Assembly (NCBI GenBank): GCA_951406725.2
Contig: OX597819.1
Coordinates: 86,490,001 to 86,554,000 of the forward strand
Direction of reading: 5' to 3'
Origin: Octopus vulgaris
Lineage: Eukaryota
Length of the DNA: 64,000 bases
Positions 1 to 12,802 of the stretch are shown here, piece after piece; the stretch's first letter is position 1, and each line of letters starts with the position of its first letter. The position numbers were made by a program, and so were the translations under genes. Under the pieces are notes generated by a model. That model saw nothing but the letters and a program-made list of their open reading frames with translations, had not been told where the DNA came from and searched no databases.

Positions 1-1449
1 TCCCTGTGGAAGAGCAATGAGGCATTGAGAATAATATGAGGATGCATAATACTAGCTGTGAGCAGTAAGCGGTAGTTTACTAGTAACTAGTAGGCAACTA
101 TTTTTCAAATTCCTCCACTAAATTCTCCAACTTGCCATCATAACTTTGAGGATTATAGCTCAGGGGTCCACTACACCAAATTCCTTTGCTAATAAGAAAT
201 TCATATTTAATATCTCACAGTAGTGCAAAAGAGTAATCCCTGGGTGGCACAATACATTATGAATTTTGACAAGAGATCAGTGATCATAAAATGTCACTCT
301 GCAATATGATTTGGAAAATACACAGAGAACAACATTATGTTCAGCAGGCTGATACTAAAGTTGTTATGTGATATCTCCGTTCCCCAATGTAATACTTGCC
401 ATCATTTATCTTATTCCTACAATATTTATGAAGCATGAAGCTTATTGAATACTGGTCAGTCTCTATAGTGAAATGCCTATTTATCAGGTAGTGGTGCCAG
501 TGACAAGAGGTTTCATTAATAGACTGAGTTTCGTTTTCAGTCAAAGCATGGTGTTTTCATCTAAAGAAACCAGGCAATTGTTTTAAATGAGAAAGACTAC
601 AAACACTGCATCTGATAAATTTGTCTCAACTTCCAATGGTACGGACTCATTGAGAGCTTTTACCACTGATACTTCAGAGACAGAAAATTGAGTGAGTTCC
701 TATTATTGTTGACCAACTCAGGTAATATTTATTTCAATCACAACTGTTATCATATCATATAAACTTTTCACCTTAAATAGTTAGAATTATTAATTTTATG
801 ACAATTTGGACATAAAGTTACCTCAAGTTTAAAGTTTTAACAATTGCATATTTAAATGTTTTTAAATAATCAATTATATTTTCCAATATGCCAAAAAAAA
901 AAAGAAAAGAAAGAGAAAAAGAAATAATAAAAAAGGAAAAAAAAAACTTAAAATTAATATTTTAAGTTTTTGAGAGATTTGAAATGCAGCTGAGTTATAT
1001 CTACAGACAACATAATGTAAGGAAGTTCTATCACATCTTTGACAAAAATAAAGATTAGAAATTTAATACTGAAAACAGGTGGTTCTTATAACAAGAAAAA
1101 CAGAACATTTCAGGTTGTTACATAACAAGGTAATGAAAATGGTCAATAACAATAACCAACTCAAATACTTTCAAATTCTCTCATTTCTCAGAGACTACCA
1201 GTGAGGCTTCTTAAAAGACCTGCTCCCTTATGTGACATGTTAACGGGCTTGCACTTAAGAGAAGTTTGGTGAGACCAGTGTTGTTGCTTCACACTGATTT
1301 TGTTTTCAATTAACTTTGAAAATAACAGAGTATTTAATAAAATAATTGTGTGTTACTATTAACCTCATTTTTGATATATAAATTAATATTGTTTTGATGT
1401 ATGTTTTTAAATTAGTTCACTTTAAAACAAGAAGTTTATATCATAGAAC

Positions 1450-1930
1450 CAGGCAGGTTCGTATCAAAACAGTTAACCATGTTTGGCATGCAAATCTCCA
1501 GTCAAAACTTTCTCTTTATGGGTTCCACCCATCTTTCATCCCTTGGACTAATACTGCTTCCTATTGTATCACATCATTTGTAGCATGTGTTGACAGAACT
1601 CTTTCTGCCCCACTCTCAACCAACTCTGGTGCCTCACAGGGTTTGATTTTGCCTCCTTTTTTCTTCTTTCGTTACATCAATGACCTTACAACTTGCTACC
1701 ACATGCAACAACACCCACTCTTATGCTGATGACATAATTCTTTATTTAAAAGCAACAGGACTCAAGCACAACTTTCTCTCACTCACTATCTCTCTCTCAC
1801 TCACTATCTCTCTCTCACATACATATATATTTTCCTTTCCAAGGTCCTCTTTTGAAGCTAGCTTGGAAAGCATTACTGAGACATAAATTTCCAGCTGGAC
1901 ACCCATCCTGTGGCTAAACAATACTAGTTA
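1450..1930 (+). mobile_element. Decayed non-LTR (CR1/Jockey-like) reverse transcriptase fragment
   Basis: Translations KTVNHVWHANLQSKLSLYG...NSGASQGLILPPFFFFRYINDL and, after a frameshift, THSYADD resemble RT motifs KAFDxVWH / GVPQGSxLxPxLFxxYIND / YADD. Confidence 0.7.
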
Positions 1931-2596
1931 TTCAGATCAGGGAACCCTTATCCCATTTATCTCCATAGCCATAAAACCTATTTATTGATAACAAAAAATA
2001 CAACACCGCCATTTGTAGCTCCTGATTTTCAGAGATGCACGAATGTAAATAAACACACAGGCACACAGATATATGTATGTGCACACGCACACACAAATAT
2101 ACATTTGCATACAGACACACATATATACACATACACACACACACTTGTATACAAACACACACACATACACATGTGCAGGTACAAATGATGTTGAATATCA
2201 TAAGCACCAATTAGGGAAAGAACCTCAAGCTCACTCACATTACTCAGATAACCTGTCTATGTCGATTACCAAACAACATCTGTTACCAGTTATCATTATC
2301 TAATTTCAACCAGTTATTAAAGCCAAGATAGATACTAGAAAATGGTTATCTGTGATATAGCCAACTACACTGTTGAATCTCCACAAGTATCCTGCTTGCT
2401 TTCAGGAAGATAAGTCAGCTACTTAGTATTAGCTTGGTAGTATTAAATCCTAATTTAATATTTGTAACCAAAATGAACAAATCTGAAATTAATGACTAAG
2501 ATTTTAATTAGACAAAATAAGTCATAATTTCAGACAAACAAAGAAGAAAAGGTCACCAACCAAACATGAATTACATATCCATAGCTTGTTGGCAAG

Positions 2597-2632
<36 letters not shown>

Positions 2633-2635
<3 letters not shown>

Positions 2636-2845
2636 TTTTACTTGTTTCAGTCATTTGACTGCAGCCATGCTGGAGCACCGCCTTTAGTCGTACAAATCGA
2701 TCCCAGGGCTAATTCTTTGTAAGCCGAGTACTTATCCTATCGGTCACTTTTGCCGAACTGCTAAGTTACGGGGATGTGAACACACCAGCATCGGTTGTCA
2801 AGCGATGGTGAGGGGACAAACACAGACACACACACATACACACAC
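2633..2845 (-). mobile_element. tRNA-derived SINE family A, 3' half
   Basis: Near-identical to 15297-15500 and 59357-59550 (cttgtttcagtcatttgactgc...gttgtcaagcgatg). Confidence 0.75.
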
Positions 2846-2893
2846 ATCATCATCATCATCATTTAGCGTCCGTTTTCCATGCTAGCATGGGTT

Positions 2894-2942
<49 letters not shown>

Positions 2943-3828
2943 CACACATGCTAATAGGAGTATACAGTATTATAAATCCACTACAGCTGATCATACCAGT
3001 TTCACACTGAATGTTAGGTAACTGGACATATGCTCCTCAAGGATGGCTGGTATGGAAAATGTATAGAAACTTTCCATACTTGCCATTCTTGAAGATAATG
3101 ACAATATATACATAGATACATGTGTGTGTGTATGTTGTAACTTATTTGACAATTATATGAATTCTTTTATAAAAGCACAAACACATTAACTAAGAAATTT
3201 TTTATGACGACAATTGCCTAATGCACCTGTAATTTCAATATCCTTTTATGTTGGATTATTACTATCATGTTTTTTATAGCATAACATTTTAGTAGGTTGT
3301 TTGTTGACAGTTGCACTAGCTTACCTGGTTTTTAGAGCAGGTGTGTTTATTTATCATGATGAAAACAAAACATACAAAAAACAAACAAATACAAATCATT
3401 ATTGTTCCAAAACTTATTCACAGTTGTCAAGATATAGATACCTGTTTTGTAAATAACTATTTATAAGGAGAAAGCTACAGCCATGGTTATGTGGTTAGGA
3501 AGTTTGCTTCCCAACTACATGGTTTTGAGTTCAGTCCCACCATGTGTGACCATGGTAAAGTGCCTTCTACTTTAGCTCTGGGCCAACCAAAAGCTTTATG
3601 AGTGAATTTGGTTGCAAGAAAAGGTGAAATGCCTTTTATGTGTTTGTGTGCATGCAAGGGTAAGTATGCATTTGTGTCTTTTTGTCTTGATGTCACACAA
3701 TAGTTGTAAACAAGTGACAATATTAGAAGCAGATTTATTTATTTCAAACTTTCTGTTGAAACATCTGGGCATGGAAAAATATGATCTTGTTTGGAAATAG
3801 AGGACAATTGGTGACAGGAAGGGCATCC

Positions 3829-4490
3829 AGCTGGTTGTACTCGAGATTGCTCCAATCTGGTCAGCCCCAAGGAAAAACTAAGCTAAGAGCATATTAGATT
3901 CCTTGGACGAAGGCAGTGAATGTATATGAAAACAAGGATGGGAAAAAAACAGAGAATGTTACACAAATACAAATAACAGGACATAACAACAGGTGTCTTT
4001 CGACTATGGACGAATTAAATTAAGCTGGCATGTGTGGAAATAAAGCTTTACAGCATGCCTGTGAAAACTTGTATCCCTGCCGTAAGGCTTTATTTCTACA
4101 TATGCCAGCTTAATTTAATTTGTCCTTAGTCGAAAGACACCTGTTGTTATGTCCTGTTATTTGTATTTGTGTAACATTCTCCATTTTTTTTTCCATCCTT
4201 GTTTTTGTATACGTTCGCTGCTTTCTTCTAAGGAATCTAATGCTCTTAGCTTAGTTTTTCCTTGGGGCTAGCCAGATTGGAGCAATCTCGAGTACAACCA
4301 GCCGAAATTGCAAACATAATCTGGAACTCCACTGAGGAAAGAAAACTCCGAATGACCCGTCCTTGTTTTCTTTGTATCATCTATCTGGATGTTTTGTTGT
4401 CTCTTTTTTGTATCACCTGTCTGGATGTTTTGCGTTCTTGTCCCATTTTGTATTTTTTGTATATATACATATATAGCGGTGTACATACAC
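3829..4490. repeat. Asymmetric foldback (inverted repeat, ~225-bp arms), possibly a PLE pseudo-LTR remnant
   Basis: 3829-4053 is the reverse complement of ~4079-4302 around a ~25-nt spacer. The right arm continues ~190 bp into a TA-rich run. Confidence 0.8.
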
Positions 4491-5028
4491 TTTAGTCTCT
4501 TATATGTAAGTATATATATATATATCTTTAGTCTTACTCTTTTCAGTCATTAAACTGTAGCCATGCTGGGGCACCAGCAACATTCTTGCCATCACCTCCG
4601 GCAACATTTACTCCAATGTAGATGATACTATCCTTAACTGCTCCCTAATTTTCTGCACACAAACATTGTTCACATGTAATCTAAACATCTCATGCCAAAC
4701 CTGCTAACCCTTGCAAAAGAAATCACAAATGGAATCATATCTCTCTGATCCCCTTCAACTAAACAAAGACAAAATCAGCAGCTTACTCTATGCATAGACA
4801 ACATTCAAAACTTTCAATCTTAGCAAAAATGCTATCCTTCTACTCCACACTTACTGGTGACTTCTGGTAATCTCACATGCTTAACTAAACAAAAACTACA
4901 TCTTAATGACTCCCTCCCTCTTCATGACTAGAAAATACTGCTATGGAGGAAGTCTGTTCAAATGACATCTGTATGAGAAACTATAATAAATCATAGCTGT
5001 CAAGAACAGCTAAACAAACCAAGTGTTG

Positions 5029-5685
5029 GCCCTTTACATTTAAACAAGCTATATCTGGCCCAAATATTCTGTGTCTATGTTCAAACTGGCCAAATCTGGC
5101 TTGTCACACTGACTCTACAATCATCATCATCATTTAGCGTCTGCTTTCCATGCTAGCATGGGTTGGACGGTTCAACTGGGGTCTGGGAAGCCAGAAGGCT
5201 GCACCAGGCCTAATCTGATCTGGCAATGTTTCTACGGCTGGATGCCCTTCCTAACGCCAACTACTCCATGAGTGTAGTGGGTGCTTTTTACGTGCCAGAA
5301 GAGGCTGGCAAATGGCCACGATCGGATGGTGCTTTTTACGTGCCACCGGCACGGGGGCCAGGCGAGACTGGCAAAGGCCACGATCGGATGGTGCTTTTTA
5401 CGTGCCACTGGCACGAGGCCAGTCAGGGCGGCGCTGGCAATGGCCACGTTTGGATGTTTCTCTTACGTACCACCGGCAATGGTATCACAGCTGCAATTTC
5501 CATTGATGTAGATCGATTTTGATTTTGATTTTTGATTTTTTTGATTTTGGACAATGTTATTCTAAAATTAAACAGTCACAGCATCAAGACCTGAAAGCTA
5601 CAAGACAAAGCATGATTAATTCAAAACAATGCAAAGAAATAAAGCAAGGCATCTGACAGTATAATCTGAGAGCTAAAGTGTTAAG
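5029..5685. mobile_element. TTAA-type MITE interrupted by an RTE-LINE 3' fragment (5121-5550, minus)
   Basis: The flanks match, in reverse, the MITE at 7005-7209 and 55923-56149. The insert begins (CAT)n-tttagcgtctgctttccatgctagc and has ACAAT on both sides. Confidence 0.65.
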
Positions 5686-6353
5686 GAAGTGATACTTGCC
5701 ATCTTCAACGGTTCCAGTTTCATCAGTCTTTAACTGAAATGGAAAAAAGACAGTGTATAATTAGTTGAAATCCATTGTATTAATGTTAGCTGTCAAGATA
5801 TAATCTTAAAATGTTCTTTTTTCTCCATTATACACAATGGTAATTAAATGCAATACTTATACATTTTAAATAATAATAGATATTGTTCCCTAATCATTGC
5901 ACCAAATTTGTTCTAAAAAGAAAAACCTGCCATTATTAAATACAGGTATGTGTGCGAGTGTGTACATATGTTCATGCACAGACACATAAATACAAGTATT
6001 ATACATATATAACGTCATGGCCATGAGGTAAGAAGTTTCTTTCTCAACCACATGTTTCCAGGTTCAGTCCCACTGCATAGTACCTCGGGCAAATGTCTTC
6101 TACTATAGCACCAGGCTGACCAAAGCCTTCTGAATAGATTAGTTAGATAGAAACTGAAAGAAGCCTGTCATGTGCATATAAAAGTATATACTGGGCTTGA
6201 TCTATCAGACTAAAATCCTTCAGGGTCATGCCCCAGCATGGCCACAATTCAGTGACTGAAACAAGATAAAAGATAAGAGAAAGCTTTCAAAATATACGAT
6301 AACGGCAACTATAGAAGGTCTAACAAATGTAATAATTTAAACCAAAAACTTAC

Positions 6354-6465
6354 AGGGACATTTTTATTTGGAAGTAGAGTTGCATCTTCCAAAATGAACT
6401 GTTCTTCTTCATCTGTGGCTGCTCCATCATCTGTTATTACATTGGTGGGTTTGCCATTTCCAAGT
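6354..6465 (-). CDS. TRAF3IP1: Internal coding exon of TRAF3-interacting protein 1 / IFT54 (MIP-T3)
   Basis: Poly-T tract + tttAG acceptor (6466-67) and GTAAGT donor (6348-53). 112 nt encoding (Q)LGNGKPTNVITDDGAATDEEEQFILEDATLLPNKNVP, which resembles the MIP-T3 segment GSGKTVSNVIT...DNEEDDQFVVE as I recall it. Phase matches the exon at 56220-56306. Confidence 0.8.
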
Positions 6466-7004
6466 CTAAATTGAAAAAAAAAAAAAAAACAGTAGAAATC
6501 AACATTAAATTCCTAGAAAGTTTACAGCCTCAGCAAAGCAAAAGCTGTCTCTAAAACAAATTTTTTTTTCCAGAGTATTTTAGATCTCACTAATGAGAAG
6601 TTGGGAGGAGGGGGAAGGAGGAGGAGGACACAACAACAACAACAACAACATTGCCTGCAACTTGTTACTTCTGAAACTTGTTTTTTACTGATGTTTTTCC
6701 TTACTCTAGATAACTGATTCCTATCACCTTAAAATGAGTCAGCTTATAAATCTGATCAGCAGTTCAAACTCAGAACTGATCAACAGGGAACTTGATACTT
6801 TCTCAGCAAATTATTTGTGAGTTTGAAACTTAAATTAACCAATCTTATTCAGTAAAACATAAAACAGACAAAAAGTAGCATCTACCCAATCAATCACACT
6901 CCTTACAAATGAAACCAAAAATCATCACTTACAAAACATAAACACACCTCATGTACAAAAGATTTCCAAAGAAACATAACAAAATACATAAATATACTTA
7001 ATTA

Positions 7005-7209
7005 ATTAGCATTCAGATTACTCTATCAAATGTAATTCTTTTTATTCACATTGTTTTGAAGAAATCATGCATTATTTTGTATTTTCAAGATTTTGATGAT
7101 GTGACTGTTACTTATAGGATGATATTGTAGGGTAGGTGTAAGAATTTGAACAGAAAACAGGTGGATTATTTGGGCCAGATGTGGCCAGTTTAAGTGCTTA
7201 AAAGGTTAA
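7005..7209 (+). mobile_element. TTAA-type MITE (family also at 22319-22682, 44905-45691, 55923-56149)
   Basis: Shared body tagcattcagattactctatcaaatgtaat...ttgttttgaa...aaacaggt...aaagggttaa. Confidence 0.6.
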
Positions 7210-10124
7210 AAGCATTTATGAGCATCACATCGGACCAACAGAAAGAAATGATAACAGTAACTTACAAAGAATTAGATCAGATCTATCTTCCCAGTTCCAG
7301 ACTCACCACAACAGGTACACTTTACATCATCACAATCCTTTCTCCATTTACATAATGAAATAAAACCACTTAGAACAAATAAGCAACTAGTGATGCAAGG
7401 ATCACAGTGTGTTATAGCAAACTCCATTTGTCATAACATGAACAACCACTCACAAACATCCAAAAGCATCAGTAACACCCTAAAGATCTATTATAACACC
7501 AGAAGTAATACTCTATCAAAGTAATAACATGATGACATCAAGGGAATCTCTACGCAGTTGCTCAGCATGCTAGAAATGCTAGCCAGATGTCTCAAATCAT
7601 ACCCTACTATCTTATAACAGGAAGAACAAATTTTATAATGTAGATCCTAGACAGATAATGTCTAACTAAAATGTAGCTTGTTCATGGTTAAACACATTAA
7701 GGCTAATGTGGTATAAATGATACTTCAACACACTTTTGTTTGTGGTTATTGTTATGTATAGCTTAACAAGAGCTATACAGGTGAGCTAAATATAAGCTAC
7801 AACACGGTTCTAAAATCCTGATTTTCTAGACTCTGGACAAACATAAAAACACGCACACAAACATAGCAACAACATCAATAATCTAATTAAATTCCTGGTT
7901 CCCCTCTTTAAACAAAAAAAAAAAAAAAACTAATTTTACTCTCAAACCATTTTTAAAAATCATTTTTACATTGCTTTGAATTATAAATGCACTTTGAATG
8001 AATTCTAATTGGTTTCATAATATTACATAAGATGAGAAAATTTAGTTTAATGATTCTCATTGTAGAATGCTTTTATTCTGAATAGATATGCAATGTGAAT
8101 ATTTATGCAGGTGTAGGGCATAACTCATAACAGGTGAACTGTGAACAAGGACTTTTACTGTGGACTAGCTATTGAGCAGGTCTGCAGAGAAAAGACTTCT
8201 GGGTTAGGCAGTAAATGAGATCCAAGGGTAAACGGCCAATTGTACACACACACTCTCTCTCTCTCTCTCAGTGTATATGATGGCCATGGAATAAACAACA
8301 CTTTGACACACTCTAGTTTGAGGTTGTAGCTTAACAAAAGCTATACCTGTTAACTAAATATAAACAATTTTTAAAATATTCTTTTTGAAAGAAATGCAGT
8401 AGTTTTCTCTTGTTTCTCTTGATATTTGTCTTTGTCAAGCATTCTCCAGTTAGATATGTTTCAAAAACCTATGGTATAGTGATAGCTGTGATCATCTTGT
8501 TTTTATTGTGGACAAAGTGTCCTAAAATACCTAATGAATTGATTGAATGGAGTTTAGTTGCTAATTGTCCAGACCAGAGTCAGCAAAGTCAAAATAAAAA
8601 AAAAAGACAAATTACTATGCTAGAAACATTAGAGCATTATTGTGCAATCCTTTTTGCTTTTTTTAGTGATTGCGAGAAGTTGTTTGCTTCTTTTATTCTG
8701 TTTTCAAAACTTTAATTCATTAGTTTTAAAGACTCATCAATGAGCAGTATTTACATGAGCATCTACTCGAAAGTTGAAGTATATAAGACAAAATAGATAA
8801 AAGAGTATAATTATCTTCTGCTTTTGGTTATTTATAGATTTGTATATGCATGCTGTATACATTCAGTAGTGTATAAACCACATAAATATTGAGTTATAAA
8901 TATAAACTATATATGCATGTTGGCACTGGTATGTGTGTGTGTAGTTGAGAACCTTACTTTGCAGCCACATAGTTTCAAGTTCAGTCCCACTGTGCAAAAC
9001 CTTGAGCAGGTTTCTTTTACTATGGCCCCAGGTTGACTAGTGGCTTATGACTGAATGAGTTTGGTAGATACAGGCTCTGTAGAAGCCCATAGTATACATA
9101 TCTGTGTGTGTGTGTGACATTATCACCATCATCATTTAATGTCTGTTTTCTATGCTGACATGGGTTGAATGGTTTGATAGGAGCTGGCCAGCCAAAAGAC
9201 TGCACCAAGCTTCATGGTCTGTTTTGCTTGGTTTTAATGGCTGGATGTCCTTCTTAATGCCAGCTCCCTTACTGAGTGGACCTAGTGCTTTTTACATGGT
9301 ACCAGCACTGGTAAGGTCTGTTTTGGCATGATTTTTACATTGGGATGCCTTTATTTCTTTCAAATTACAAGCATGAAACAAAGTTATCGTTCTTAAAAAT
9401 CATTAGAAATATAAACACAGTGAAATCACCCTAACCAAGTACTGAAACCAACTGAAAAAAATCAGCACACTCTTTGTATTAATAATTATCACATAAATTT
9501 AGATGTGTAACAATGAAAGATTAAATCAGAAACTGAAGAGTAAATGTTTTCACTATAACAATAATGTGGAGGAGTTTTAGTCTAAAAATGTGACAAACTC
9601 TTGACTTGTGATAAACATAACTTCCCTTTCTGTCTTTTATTTTTTAATATCATTTGAATAATGATTAAATATTCACAGTTTAGAAAAAGAAAAACGAAAT
9701 GAATATAATAATTTTGGAATTTGAAAAAAATATTCAACCTAATGACAAGGTAGTGTGGTGGTTACTGAGCATCTTTAATACCAAAATTGGAAAAAAAAAA
9801 CTAAAGAAATTCTAAAACTTAAAATCAAAACCAAGTTTCTATTATTATTTATGTAAATAAATTTCAACATTTAATATATTGCAATATGTTATTTGACAAG
9901 CGATGCATATTATATTACTCTATTTGGCAAACTATTTAATGTAGACAGGAGATATGACAAGAAAAATAGTATTAAAACAGTTCTCTCAGCTGTTTTCCTA
10001 AAGTTAAGAATTTCAAAGTTATTTGAGTTTGTGGACAATTTAAAACTGAAAGTTGTGAAATCAACATATAAAAGCATTGCTATCTTTGTAGTGCTGTCAA
10101 AGGTAGAATCAAAGGAGATTGAGG

Positions 10125-11830
10125 CATTATGTTTTTATTCTTCCTAGAAGAGATACTCTTCATGAAAATGAAACATTTTTTCCTTGTGTGGTGACATTTG
10201 AGCCATTGTACTAAAAAGCACCAGAGACTGAGATGGTCATTGGAGAGTATGAGCTAAAGTGACTAACTCTGGGTATGAGGACTCACTGGCTACTATTACA
10301 GAAAAGTAGCAGATATTTACAGAACCAAACATTCAACTGGTGCTCCACCATGGTTCTGTACATTGCTTTGTAGAACATTCAGGCTATAAAATGTTTTAGG
10401 TTAGGAGGCAAAGTGAAAGTGGTCAATTTTGTAGAAAACTGGTTTGGGAGACAAACAGGCACATATGATATTGGGGATAAGAACAAGTGGAGGTTCCCAG
10501 CTGGGCAGGGCTAGAGATAATGGAAACCTTGACCAGAAGGTCATATAGATATTTGGTCCCTTAGGAGATGAGTTGGAGGCTGCAGTAAGATTCAACTGAT
10601 TACAGGGTCCAGCTGTAGTAAGTGGAGTGTATAAAGTGGGAGTGGGGAATGTTGAAGTTGCTGGTTCAGAAGGTGGAATTTTAATCTGGTCACCAAGTGA
10701 GTAAGTGAATGGCAGAAGTGCAGTTGCTCAGCAGATGGCTTGAAGTAGGTGAAAGGCAGCATCCAGGAAAGACAGGGAGAATTGTATAAAAAAATAAAGT
10801 GATTGATTTGCTCTGAGCAGATATCAAAGTCAGAGGTTCCACTATAAAAGCAGGTAGAGTCAGAGAAACCGAGAAGGGGATGGCAGATTTGATGTTTTAG
10901 GAATGTGAGGAATAAAAGTCAAGACAGGAGTCAGAGTTTATTGATTAAAAGCATAGCGGAATGGATTACTTTGATAGAAATAGAAATATCTAGGATGCTG
11001 GCAAGGGTAGTACAAATGGTGGGTGTAAATTTGAGTGTTGAGATGAAATAGTTAACTAAAATGATAAAGGAGATGAGTTGCTCTCTAGTGCTTATACAAA
11101 CTTTGATAAAGTGACTACATAGCTCAGGTTCTTGAGAATTGGGTGAAAATTTGAGTCTTAATTGTAACCTACAAATAAGTTAGCATAGTTGGCAGTTTAT
11201 CTTGGTACCCTCGACTACTGTGCTTCCACTGGAGAAGGAAAAGCAATTTTAAGTGAAGATGAATTCTGTGAGGAGAAGTATAGGTGTGCTAGGTTCAAGT
11301 TGGTGTGGTAAATAAAAAGAAATAAAAAACAACTCCAGGGCTGAGAGATAGTTGACATCGGGGATGATGGTATAAAAAGATTTTATATTCATGGTGAACA
11401 GGACTTAGGAGGGTCAGAGTAAGGATGATATTTTTGATGTGCAATCAGAAGGCAGTATTGAAGGGCACCATGAGGTTGTTGTGGTAGCTAGAGTTTAGTG
11501 AACTCACTGCAAATTAGGACAGTAAATGATGGTTATAAGGACTGTGAAGTTCCAGGAGGAAGTAGATGTTCAGAGGTCCAATGGATTGAATAATGAGATA
11601 GGTGGATGTGAATAGAACCAGAAAAATGTAGATGTGTTGGTGTATAGCTGTGTACTTTATGACAATGAAGGATGCAGTCCCTGGGTAGTCTCTAGTGTTA
11701 TAGAACTTATGGTCAATAGAGAGTCTTCTCTCTGTAGAGTTCAATATGCCAACCACAAATGCCTTGCCTTTGTCAGCTGATTTGATGACACTGGTTATGG
11801 AGCTGACAGAATGTGATGAGTTAGGGAGAG
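10125..11830 (-). mobile_element. Heavily decayed Penelope-like element (Neptune-type RT, linker and GIY-YIG remnants)
   Basis: Collinear minus-strand motifs across frameshifts: VIKSADKGKAFVV, LFTMNIKSFYTIIP, NYANLFVGY, STREQLISFIILVNYFISTLKFT...ILDISISI, IKSAIPFS, GTSTCSYPQYHMCLFV, then a degenerate GIY-YIG-like stretch. Confidence 0.7.
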
Positions 11831-12802
11831 AGATGCCTGGATGTATCTGATACTTATGGAAATTGAAATAGTCAGCACAACCAATTTTTACAAATTGTGA
11901 TTGCATAAACATAACGAACAAACTTAGTTTCTCAGTTAGTTTCTATACCTGCTCAAGGTGAATTCACATAATCAAAAACCAAATATGGCTTTCTTGTCCT
12001 CAATAGTCTATAAATGAAAATTACATACAAATGAAAATAATGCACTCTTTTAATGAATCATAGACTACCAACCATTTCTAAGGTCATCCTGATTACTTTT
12101 ATAATACTCTATAGTATTATAATACAGTTACAATAGTCTATACTTTTTAGTCATAGAAACAAAAAGTAAAAGTTTACTTCTAAATACTTTAGTTAAATAC
12201 ACCTGCAGCAACCTATTTAGTAACAATATCAATTTTCAAAGCAGACCATAGAACTCGCTTAATTTCTTAGTTACCTGACTTCTTTGTTTTTTGTTTTTTT
12301 TCCACTTTGGCTCTAATTTACTATTCACTATACATGACCATCAAACAAGGTAATTTCTAAATCAGTTTCTTGAAAACACTAAGATGCAGACAATGATTAT
12401 ATGAGTCTAGACAGCCGTAGATGTTCAAACGTATAAAATGTGTATTCATATACAATAACATAATACTGAAGGAAAGAGTGAATAATGGAAAAAGAAAGAA
12501 AAAAAAAGGTGGGAAAATATTGTTGGAATGTGAAGTTGAAAGATATGCTGAGTTTCGGAATTAAGACAGTGATTTCAAATTACACACGGTATATAATATT
12601 ATTTATTATTTAAATATTATGAAAATGAGCCATAATACTTTAAAATATCAATGAAATGATAGTAAATACCAAAGCAAAGAATATATAAACGGTAATTGGA
12701 AGAGAAAAATGAAACAAAAACAAGCTAAGATTTGATGATGGATACAAAAAGCAATCTTGTAAATTTGAAATGCCCAAGCAAAAAGAGAGGAACAATGATT
12801 AA

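Noticed and set aside
1-720. Non-repetitive stretch with a QQADTKVV peptide and a donor-like site at 721
   Set aside because: Too short and interrupted to assign to a gene or transposon.
1932-2303. Cluster of overlapping Cys/Val or His/Thr ORFs (likewise near 17.7-18.3, 23.7-24.0, 49.5 and 50.8 kb)
   Set aside because: Translations of CA/TG/TA microsatellites.
4300-4365. Hammerhead-like CTGAGGA...GAA...GTC
   Set aside because: The GAAA box is incomplete in one reading and stem II cannot pair in the other. At best it is degenerate.
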